From: Eubacteriales bacterium
Lineage (GTDB): Bacteria > Bacillota > Clostridia > Oscillospirales > RGIG577
NCBI GenBank assembly: GCA_050943735.1
Contig: JBMNPT010000003.1
Location: 99,533-163,532 of the forward strand
Length of the DNA stretch: 64,000 nucleotides
Reading direction: 5' to 3'
The translations under genes and the position numbers were made by a program. Position 1 is the first letter of the stretch. The number at the start of each line of letters is the position of its first letter. Positions 39,305-45,929 of the stretch are shown in pieces. The notes below the pieces were generated by a model. The model searched no databases and was not told the origin of the DNA. It saw only the letters and a program-made list of their open reading frames with translations.

Positions 39305-39754
39305 ATGAAAGAACCAGAAGAATACCGCCTGAATTCGCTTGTCCTATTTGCGGTTGCAACGGTGTCTATCCTCTTTACGCTGCCTGGGCTGCTGTATGAC
39401 TATTATACAAAGAGCCCGGTGTGGTATGGTGTGTTGCTGGCCGTATCCCTGTCACTGAACGCGGGCTGGTGGACCTGGATGTACCAGGCGGGGAAAACCC
39501 ATCGCCTTCGGTATGGGAGGGCAATCCTGTATTTTTTACTGTGCGCCGTGGTGGTGGCGTTTCAAATGCACAAGCAGATGGATGCGTTGGCGTACTTATT
39601 GCTTCCCACCGCGATGGTGGTTTTCCTCTGGCAGCGCGTCTGCGAGGTTTTTATCCAAGAAAAGAACGTGCTGGAGAGCGCGGCCCAATGTATCCCCGTC
39701 GTTCTTTTGTCGCTTTTTTATCTCTGGGGGTATTGTCAGGAAAGAGGAAAATGA
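39305..39754 (+). CDS. small integral membrane protein (about 4 TM segments)
   Basis: 149 aa. AGGGGA lies 7 nt upstream, and the start is 14 nt after the previous stop. GC content jumps back to host-like at this junction. Confidence 0.55.
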   Translation: MKEPEEYRLNSLVLFAVATVSILFTLPGLLYDYYTKSPVWYGVLLAVSLSLNAGWWTWMYQAGKTHRLRYGRAILYFLLCAVVVAFQMHKQMDALAYLLLPTAMVVFLWQRVCEVFIQEKNVLESAAQCIPVVLLSLFYLWGYCQERGK

Positions 39755-39874
39755 GGATAGGCAGCGCCTCTGTGCAGAGCGGTAGGAGGGCCTTTTCCAT
39801 GGGGCGTTCATGGATAGGCAAGGGGGGTGGCTTCGCTGCGGAGCCGCCCCTTCTCCAAACTGCAAAGGGTGCTA

Positions 39875-40147
39875 TGGAAATGGGCAGATGAACTGGATGT
39901 CATCATCAAAAAGCTCTACGAGTCTTTTGCGGTTGGGCGAATTTCAGATGAACGCTTTGATAGTCTGCTGGCGGAATATGAAGCAGAACAAAAAACTTTG
40001 CGCTCGGAGCCCCGGAAAAGGTGGATGGGGATCGAGTGCAGGAAGTGGAGATATATAAACTTTATGGGATACTTTGCAGCACCCTTGCCGGAACTGACAC
40101 CAGCGAAAGAAAAGCGGCAGGAATACCTGCGTAAGCATCTTATATAA
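39875..40147 (+). pseudogene. C-terminal (DUF4368-like) remnant of a large serine recombinase
   Basis: ADELDVIIKKLYESFAVGRISDERFDSLLAEYEAEQKTL matches the LYED.v.GKisdERF..ls..YE.EQ pattern. A neighbouring frame reads DRVQEVEIY, so the fragment is frameshifted. No resolvase catalytic domain lies upstream. Confidence 0.55.
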
Positions 40148-40210
40148 AGCAGAGAGCGATACAAGGCACTGAAGGAGGGCACCCGAAAAGTTGGAGAGCC
40201 ATTTCAGATT

Positions 40211-40525
40211 GTGTGCAAGTGTTGCAGGAAGGCCTTTGAATCCAAAATGTCCAATGCGATGTTCTGCGATCAAAATTGCCGTGCTAAGTATTGCCGGCAG
40301 GAAGCGGCGAAAAAACGAGAATGTACTCGTGAAAACTGCGGAACTGTTTTTACTACAGTTGGAAGCCCTTATTCATGGGGTGGTATATTACCACCCCATC
40401 TCGCTGCCTGCCTGTGTCAACCTGCCATCGTCAGTTTGACACAGATAACAGAGGTGGAACAAAGCGCTCCACCTCTGTTGCTTAGGAGTCGTAATTCACA
40501 GCTCCCTTTTGTGATAAAGGGGTGA
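40211..40525 (+). CDS. doubtful Cys-rich small ORF (CKCC...FCDQNCRAKYC)
   Basis: GTG start with no RBS. The 3' half contains two perfect hairpins, so at best only the 5' part is coding. It may be tail debris of the recombinase gene. Confidence 0.2.
   Translation: MCKCCRKAFESKMSNAMFCDQNCRAKYCRQEAAKKRECTRENCGTVFTTVGSPYSWGGILPPHLAACLCQPAIVSLTQITEVEQSAPPLLLRSRNSQLPFVIKG
40375..40478. repeat. two perfect 11-bp-stem inverted repeats
   Basis: atggggtggta-tat-taccaccccat at 40375-40399 and acagaggtgga-N9-tccacctctgt at 40448-40478. Confidence 0.8.
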
Positions 40526-40631
40526 GCAATTCCATCATTCCCTTGGAAGCCAAGGTGGTCAATGTTATCTACGCCGCAAACAAAACCCGCCGGCGTGATC
40601 GCACCTTGACAAGAGAAGATTGATTTCGAGG

Positions 40632-40665
40632 AAGCCGGGGGATGCCATATCTCCTGGCTTTTTCT
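40632..40665 (+). terminator. terminator-like hairpin
   Basis: aagccgggggat gccat atctcctggctt (two G:U pairs) followed by tttct. Confidence 0.4.
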
Positions 40666-40675
40666 CGCCGGTCTA

Positions 40676-40704
40676 TTGACAAACCCTACTCAATAGGGTA
40701 AGAT
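40676..40704 (+). promoter_or_regulatory. promoter (TTGACA-N17-TAAGAT) of the DUF4160/HTH module
   Basis: Hexamers at 40676-40681 and 40699-40704. The spacer contains the 5-bp inverted repeat cccta-ctcaa-taggg. Confidence 0.5.
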
Positions 40705-40743
40705 AAGTATAAAGACAATCACCAAAATTAGGAAGAACTCAAA

Positions 40744-40923
40744 ATGCCTGTACTCAGCACATTCTTTGGTATCATCATTCGTATGTATAGCGAAGTAAAT
40801 AGCAAGCACAACTTTCCGCATATCCACGCTGAATATTCTGGCGAAGAAGCTGTCGTCACACTCGATGGCGAAACACTTGAAGGCAGCTTTCCGAAAGCTA
40901 AAATGAAACATTTGGTCGCTTGA
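40744..40923 (+). CDS. DUF4160 domain protein, shortened to 59 aa by a TGA
   Basis: This ORF is not in the track. It reads MPVLSTFFGIIIRMYSEVNSKHNFPHIHAEYSGEEAVVTLDGETLEGSFPKAKMKHLVA*. The FYGIIIRMY...PPHFHA.Y pattern is the DUF4160 hallmark. AGGAAG lies 8 nt upstream. Confidence 0.65.
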   Translation: MPVLSTFFGIIIRMYSEVNSKHNFPHIHAEYSGEEAVVTLDGETLEGSFPKAKMKHLVA

Positions 40924-40932
40924 AAGGAAACG

Positions 40933-41055
40933 ATGCTTGTATGGGACCCTGATTATATCAAGCTCACCAGAGAAGAAGCCAAGGAATTGGCTGAGGCCGA
41001 GGAGAGCGGATTTGTGAGAGACGATGAGATCGACTGGTCCCAAATTGGTCAGTAA
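40933..41055 (+). CDS. 40-codon ORF in the same frame as the DUF4160 gene
   Basis: MLVWDPDYIKLTREEAKELAEAEESGFVRDDEIDWSQIGQ. It is separated from the DUF4160 ORF only by TGA plus 3 codons. It could be the orphaned C-terminus of that gene or a separate small gene. Confidence 0.3.
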   Translation: MLVWDPDYIKLTREEAKELAEAEESGFVRDDEIDWSQIGQ

Positions 41056-41079
41056 GAACTGATTCTCTGGAGGTTGAGA

Positions 41080-41412
41080 ATGACTATTTTACCACTGAAA
41101 GATTTCGATGCAGCTGACATCAAGAGAATACGAAATAGCATTGGAGCAACACAAGTTGCATTTGCTGGCATCCTTGGAGTGTCAAAGAAAGCCGTCGAGG
41201 CATGGGAATCTGGGAGAAACAAACCGGATGGACCATCCCGGCGGCTTATTGCGGTAATCGAAGAAGATCCGTTCTTTCCAAGTAAATATGGCCTTGTATT
41301 AGATATGCATGAGTTTAACGAAGAAACTAAGGCCGCCTTGCAAGAGTTTTTGGATGGAGAGCGCGGAGACACATTGGATAGTATGAAAAATGCAATGGAA
41401 AGTGTCCGGTAG
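41080..41412 (+). CDS. XRE-type HTH protein, antitoxin-like
   Basis: IKRIRNSIGATQVAFAGILGVSKKAVEAWESGRNKPDGPSRRLI is the HigA/MqsA-type HTH pattern. The ATG at 41080 lies 6 nt after GGAGG. Confidence 0.7.
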   Translation: MTILPLKDFDAADIKRIRNSIGATQVAFAGILGVSKKAVEAWESGRNKPDGPSRRLIAVIEEDPFFPSKYGLVLDMHEFNEETKAALQEFLDGERGDTLDSMKNAMESVR

Positions 41413-41441
41413 AAGGCTGCAAAATGAGTATGATTTCATGC

Positions 41442-41462
41442 AAGGATATGAATATCCTTTTT
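41442..41462 (+). terminator. short hairpin terminator after the HTH gene
   Basis: aaggata tgaa tatcctt followed by ttt. Confidence 0.4.
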
Positions 41463-41499
41463 GCCGTCACCTTCAGTGATGCCATGCTCCTCCGTAGGG

Positions 41500-41528
41500 T
41501 TGCTTCCCTGACAGTTTTGTGGTATCAT
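41500..41528 (+). promoter_or_regulatory. promoter (TTGCTT-N17-TATCAT with TGn extended -10) of tgt
   Basis: Hexamers at 41500-41505 and 41523-41528. Confidence 0.5.
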
Positions 41529-41575
41529 AGATGGGCCTGCGCCGGACGCAGATCATTTTGAGAAAGAGGAATTTG

Positions 41576-42706
41576 ATGTTTGTACTATTGAAACAGGAAG
41601 GAAAGGCCCGCAGAGGGGAATTCCATACCGTTCACGGCGTAATTCAGACGCCTGTTTTTATGAATGTGGGTACAGCAGCCGCCATCAAAGGTGGTGTTTC
41701 CACCATGGATCTGCGGGAAATCGGCACTCAGGTGGAACTGTCCAACACCTATCATCTGCACCTTCGACCTGGAGATCAGGTGATTCGGGATATGGGAGGC
41801 ATACACAAGTTTTTCAACTGGGATCGTCCAGTGCTCACCGACAGCGGAGGATTCCAGGTGTTTTCTCTGGCTGGCCTTCGTAAAATCAAAGAGGAAGGGG
41901 TCACTTTTGCCTCTCATTTGGACGGCCATCGGATTTTCATGGGACCGGAGCAAAGCATGCAGATTCAATCCAACATTGCCTCTACCATTGCCATGGCTTT
42001 TGATGAATGTATTGAAAATCCTGCAGAATATGATTATGTATCTCATTCCATTGACCGCACCACCCGTTGGCTGATTCGCTGCAAACGGGAAATGGACCGG
42101 CTCAACAGTCTGGAGGGCACCATCAACCCTCACCAAATGCTGTTTGGGATCAATCAGGGCAGTACCTACGCGGATTTGCGTGTGCGGCATATGAAAGACA
42201 TCACCCAGCTGGACCTGGACGGTTATGCCATCGGAGGTTTGGCGGTGGGAGAAACCGCTGAAGAGATGTATGAAACCATCGAAGTGGTGGAAGAACACAT
42301 GCCGGTCAATAAGCCCCGTTATCTCATGGGAGTGGGAACCCCTACCAACATCATTGAAGCGGTGTGGAGAGGGGTGGACTTTTTCGACTGCGTCATGCCC
42401 TCCCGCAACGCTCGCCACGGTACACTGTTTACCCATCAGGGCATCATGAACATGATGAACGCCAAATACGAGCGGGATGACCGGCCCATTGAAGAAGGCT
42501 GTCAGTGTCCCGCCTGCCGGCATTATACCCGCAGTTATATCCGTCATCTCTTTAAGGCCAAAGAAATGCTTGCCATGCGTCTATGCGTGCTGCACAATCT
42601 GTGGTTTTACAACCATCTGATGGAAGAGATTCGCAATGCGCTGGATGCGGGAGAATTTGCTGCCTATCGGGCAAAATATTCCCAAATCATGAGCCAGCGC
42701 ATCTAA
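41576..42706 (+). CDS. tgt: queuine tRNA-ribosyltransferase
   Basis: Contains MFVLLKQEGKARRGEFHTVHGVIQTPVFM, TDSGGFQV and the zinc site CQCPACRHYTRSYIRHL. The ATG at 41576 follows AGAGGA. Confidence 0.95.
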   Translation: MFVLLKQEGKARRGEFHTVHGVIQTPVFMNVGTAAAIKGGVSTMDLREIGTQVELSNTYHLHLRPGDQVIRDMGGIHKFFNWDRPVLTDSGGFQVFSLAGLRKIKEEGVTFASHLDGHRIFMGPEQSMQIQSNIASTIAMAFDECIENPAEYDYVSHSIDRTTRWLIRCKREMDRLNSLEGTINPHQMLFGINQGSTYADLRVRHMKDITQLDLDGYAIGGLAVGETAEEMYETIEVVEEHMPVNKPRYLMGVGTPTNIIEAVWRGVDFFDCVMPSRNARHGTLFTHQGIMNMMNAKYERDDRPIEEGCQCPACRHYTRSYIRHLFKAKEMLAMRLCVLHNLWFYNHLMEEIRNALDAGEFAAYRAKYSQIMSQRI

Positions 42707-42741
42707 AAGGTGAAAAATACAAATTTTTTGTGCTTTTCCAG

Positions 42742-42770
42742 TTGCGAAAACGGGTATTTTTGATTATAAT
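42742..42770 (+). promoter_or_regulatory. promoter (TTGCGA-N17-TATAAT) upstream of yajC
   Basis: Hexamers at 42742-42747 and 42765-42770. Confidence 0.5.
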
Positions 42771-42794
42771 TATTTCTATATGGAGGTGTATACA

Positions 42795-43064
42795 ATGGAG
42801 CAATTACTGGCATTTTCCCCGCTGATCCTTTTGATTGTCCTGTATTATTTCCTGCTGATTCGTCCGCAGAAAAAACGTCAAAAGGCCTTGGATGATATGC
42901 GCAACAGTCTGGAAGCCGGCGATGAAGTGGTGACCATTGGTGGTTTTGTAGGCCGCGTGGTCAACACCAAAGAAGATCGGGTGACCATTGAACTGGGTTC
43001 CGATAAAACCCGGGTGACGATCATGCGTTGGGGTATCAGCAGCAAGAACGGGGACGAGGCTTGA
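42795..43064 (+). CDS. yajC: preprotein translocase subunit YajC
   Basis: Contains LILLIVLYYFLLIRPQKKRQK and GDEVVTIGGFVGRV. The ATG at 42795 follows GGAGGTG. Confidence 0.9.
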   Translation: MEQLLAFSPLILLIVLYYFLLIRPQKKRQKALDDMRNSLEAGDEVVTIGGFVGRVVNTKEDRVTIELGSDKTRVTIMRWGISSKNGDEA

Positions 43065-43122
43065 CTCGATTTGCAGTCATAGCCATGCCCTTTTCCGCAT
43101 ACCGTACAGGGAGGTGAGTTTC

Positions 43123-43584
43123 ATGCCAGTTCAGGAACGTCGGCGGCAGCGCCGGCCTGCAAAAAAACCTATGGTGCGCATTCTGCTCATCAGCATTGTG
43201 GCAGGAATCTTCATCAGCCTGCTGTGTATGGTGCCGCTGGCATTTCTCATGACCGTCCGCACCTTGAGCGATTCAGTGCTGATTGTCTTTACGGCTTTTC
43301 TCACAGCGCTTGGGGCGTTGGTATGCGGCTTTGTCACCACATTTCTGATGGGGAGAAACGGATTGCTCAATGGACTTTTGGGCGGTTTCTGGATGTTTTT
43401 TACCCTGTTTTTAATTGGCATTTTTTCCAATTATTCTTTCCAGTTTTCCAAACTGACCCTGATTCAATTTTTGTGCAGCCTGGTAGCCGGTATTGTGGGC
43501 GGACTGTTGGCTGTGAATCTCATGCCTAAAAAAAGAAGGCAAACCGCTGTACGTGAAGCCGGTGAACGGCGCCGTCAGCGATAA
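43123..43584 (+). CDS. small integral membrane protein (4 TM segments; possibly the YrzE/TIGR04086-type family)
   Basis: It has a basic N-terminus and C-terminus and 4 hydrophobic segments. The ATG at 43123 lies 8 nt after GGAGG. Confidence 0.6.
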   Translation: MPVQERRRQRRPAKKPMVRILLISIVAGIFISLLCMVPLAFLMTVRTLSDSVLIVFTAFLTALGALVCGFVTTFLMGRNGLLNGLLGGFWMFFTLFLIGIFSNYSFQFSKLTLIQFLCSLVAGIVGGLLAVNLMPKKRRQTAVREAGERRRQR

Positions 43585-43631
43585 ACCCTTTTCACAAAAC
43601 AAATACAACACACTTTCAGGAGGAACCTATT

Positions 43632-43778
43632 ATGAACCACATCAAGACTTTGAATCACGCTTGTCTGAAGGAGAGCGCTGCCAAGGGTGGCTGCGGCGAA
43701 TGCCAGACTTCCTGCCAGTCCGCTTGCAAGACTTCCTGCACTGTTGCAAACCAGAAGTGCGAGCACGCTGACAAGTAA
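43632..43778 (+). CDS. scfA: six-cysteine ranthipeptide precursor SCIFF
   Basis: At 48 codons it is below the track cutoff. It reads MNHIKTLNHACLKESAAKGGCGECQTSCQSACKTSCTVANQKCEHADK. The GGCGECQTSCQSACKTSCTV core is the family signature. AGGAGG lies 8 nt upstream. Confidence 0.88.
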   Translation: MNHIKTLNHACLKESAAKGGCGECQTSCQSACKTSCTVANQKCEHADK

Positions 43779-43801
43779 AATTGAGTAACAACCGGAATGG
43801 G

Positions 43802-43830
43802 GAAAGGGACCTTGTTGTCCCTTTCTTTTT
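43802..43830 (+). terminator. intercistronic hairpin + T run between scfA and scfB
   Basis: gaaagggac cttgtt gtccctttc followed by ttttt. Confidence 0.55.
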
Positions 43831-43856
43831 CTGTGTAGAGTAAAAAGGAGTACTAC

Positions 43857-45221
43857 ATGATCCACAAATATTATATGAACGGCTATTACATCGTACTTGA
43901 TGTGAACAGCGGCTGTGTACATGTGGTGGACAAGCTGGTGTATGACCTGTTGGATCACCTTCCGAATGGTCCCCAGGGCGACCTGTCGGAAGATGTTTTT
44001 GAAGCCATGAAGGAGTACCCTCGCGAAGAAGTGGAGAGTGCCTATCAGGATATCTGCCAACTCACCCAAAATGGACAGCTGTTTTCATCGGATGACTACG
44101 AGGAACTGGCCAAAAGTATCCAAAAGGTGGCTCCTGTCAAGGCATTGTGCCTGCATGTAGCCCACGACTGCAATCTTCGCTGTGAGTATTGTTTCGCCTC
44201 CACTGGGGAGTACAATTCCCACAAGCGTTCTCTCATGAGCCTGGAGGTGGGTAAGAAGGCCATCGACATGGTCATTCGTGAGTCTGCCAACCGCCGCAAT
44301 ATTGAAATTGACTTTTTCGGCGGAGAACCTCTTATGAATTTTGATGTGGTCAAGCAGCTGGTGTTGTACGCCCGTGAACAAGAAAAAATCCATGATAAGC
44401 ATTTCCGGTTTACCATCACCACCAATGGCATGCTGCTTACCGATGACAAAATTGATTTCATCAATGAACATATGGACAACATCGTGCTGAGCCTGGACGG
44501 CCGGCGGGAGGTCAATGACCGGATGCGAAAGACCGTTACTGGTGCTGGATGCTATGACATTGTGCTGCCCAAATTCAAAAAGGTGGCTGAGAGCCGTCAT
44601 CAGGATCGCTATTATATCCGAGGCACCTTTACCCGATACAATCTGGATTTCTGCGACGACGTACTCCACTTTGTGGATGAGGGGTTTGAGCAGATTTCAG
44701 TGGAGCCAGTAGCCACTGATCCCTCCATGCCCTATGCCATTCAGCCAGAGGACCTGCCAAAGGTATTTGCCGAATATGAAAAGCTGGCGGTCAAACTGCT
44801 GGAAAAACGGAAAGAAGGCCACTTCTTCAATTTCTTCCACTTTATGATCGACCTGTCTCAGGGACCCTGTGTCATCAAGCGGCTGCATGGCTGTGGCTGC
44901 GGCAATGAATATCTGGCTGTAACGCCGGAAGGCGACATCTACCCCTGCCATCAGTTTGTAGGCATGGAAAATTTCAAAATGGGCAATGTTTTTGACGGCA
45001 AACTGGATATGGACATCAAAACATCCTTTGCCTGTACCAATGTGTACACCAAACCGGAATGTAAAAAATGTTGGGCCAAGTTCTATTGCAGCGGTGGCTG
45101 CAATGCCAACAGTTATCAATATGCCGGCGATATCCATTTGCCCTATACCATCGGCTGTGAGATGGAAAAAAAGCGCGTAGAATGTGCCATCATGATGAAG
45201 GCTGCTCAGGCGGATGCCTAA
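43857..45221 (+). CDS. scfB: radical SAM/SPASM SCIFF peptide maturase (thioether-forming)
   Basis: 454 aa. Contains the CNLRCEYC radical-SAM cluster and C-terminal SPASM motifs GCGCGNEYLAVTPEGDIYPCHQF and CKKCWAKFYCSGGC. It is adjacent to the precursor. Confidence 0.9.
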   Translation: MIHKYYMNGYYIVLDVNSGCVHVVDKLVYDLLDHLPNGPQGDLSEDVFEAMKEYPREEVESAYQDICQLTQNGQLFSSDDYEELAKSIQKVAPVKALCLHVAHDCNLRCEYCFASTGEYNSHKRSLMSLEVGKKAIDMVIRESANRRNIEIDFFGGEPLMNFDVVKQLVLYAREQEKIHDKHFRFTITTNGMLLTDDKIDFINEHMDNIVLSLDGRREVNDRMRKTVTGAGCYDIVLPKFKKVAESRHQDRYYIRGTFTRYNLDFCDDVLHFVDEGFEQISVEPVATDPSMPYAIQPEDLPKVFAEYEKLAVKLLEKRKEGHFFNFFHFMIDLSQGPCVIKRLHGCGCGNEYLAVTPEGDIYPCHQFVGMENFKMGNVFDGKLDMDIKTSFACTNVYTKPECKKCWAKFYCSGGCNANSYQYAGDIHLPYTIGCEMEKKRVECAIMMKAAQADA

Positions 45222-45243
45222 CTAGCCTGTACTAGAAAGAAAT

Positions 45244-45286
45244 CCCCCCGCATAGAGTGTAGTATCTGTGCGGGGGGTGTTTTTTT
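45244..45286 (+). terminator. terminator after scfB
   Basis: ccccccgca ... tgcgggggg followed by tgtttttt. Confidence 0.7.
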
Positions 45287-45308
45287 GAAAAGAAGGTGGA
45301 AAGGGCAG

Positions 45309-45929
45309 TTGCTTCCCATAGATGGACCAGTACGAACCTTATTTTTTCTGTGTTTGCTTTTTGCAGCAGGGGTATCCACTGGCGCATATGCAGTGCGATT
45401 TGTAGAATCACAGGATCTGAGCTCCATAGCCGCGGTCTTTGAGGACCTGAACGCCATCTGGCAGGAGGGGAGAGGAGAGTATGCCCAACTGGCCTACTCA
45501 CTGCTGAAACACACCCTTCAGACAGGCGTGGCGCTCTTCGCGCTGGGCTTTACCATGCTGGCGCCGATGCTTTCTCCCTGTCTGCTGGCATGGCAGGGAT
45601 TTTCCATGGGATTTGCTGCATGCAGCATTTTATCAGGTGTTTCACTGCATCCCTATCGTACTGCCATGGCTCACGTACTGCTGCACAATATGCTGCTTTT
45701 ACCGCTTTTTTTGCTGATGGGAGCGGAGAGCATTCGGTTTTCCTGGCGTCTAATCTGCCAGCTGCGTCATCCTCATCATGGGCAGCCACCACTGGAAAAG
45801 GAAATGGGCCGGTATTTTATCCGTTTTTTTGTGCTGCTTACCGCTGCTTCTTTGCTCTGTCTGTTGGCGGCGTGGGGGATAAAGCTGTGTCTGACGGTGG
45901 GTCTTGCGGTTCCATCCGTACCTGATTGA
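45309..45929 (+). CDS. spoIIM: stage II sporulation protein M-like membrane protein
   Basis: The TM layout and the segment LLHNMLLLPLFLLMGAESIRFSWRLICQL...PP...GRYF resemble my recollection of B. subtilis SpoIIM (LPQNILLIPAYLIMG...LKLIRQLF). I chose the TTG at 45309, 8 nt after AAGGTGGA. The track start at 45285 lies in the terminator T run. Confidence 0.6.
   Translation: MLPIDGPVRTLFFLCLLFAAGVSTGAYAVRFVESQDLSSIAAVFEDLNAIWQEGRGEYAQLAYSLLKHTLQTGVALFALGFTMLAPMLSPCLLAWQGFSMGFAACSILSGVSLHPYRTAMAHVLLHNMLLLPLFLLMGAESIRFSWRLICQLRHPHHGQPPLEKEMGRYFIRFFVLLTAASLLCLLAAWGIKLCLTVGLAVPSVPD

Larger units (their letters stand above)
36779..41480. mobile_element. degenerate mosaic island (mobile-element / prophage remnants) between queA and tgt
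   Basis: It interrupts the otherwise adjacent queA-tgt-yajC genes. It holds truncated or frameshifted amidase, IS4-type transposase, SLH and serine-recombinase fragments. One sub-segment is clearly more AT-rich: hand counts give about 37% GC there versus about 50% in the flanks. Confidence 0.6.

Noticed and set aside
37991-40923. In-frame TGA/TAG codons (37991, 38421, 40921) as evidence of recoding, such as selenocysteine, TGA=Trp, or foreign DNA from a code-4 organism.
   Set aside because: Host genes throughout the window terminate normally at TGA, TAA and TAG. One lesion is a TAG, and a frameshift is also present in the same gene. No SECIS-like context was evident. Ordinary pseudogenisation is the simpler explanation.
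43553-43771. 72-aa track ORF overlapping the SCIFF gene.
   Set aside because: It is out of frame with the RBS-preceded 48-codon SCIFF ORF and starts inside the upstream membrane-protein gene. It has no motif support.
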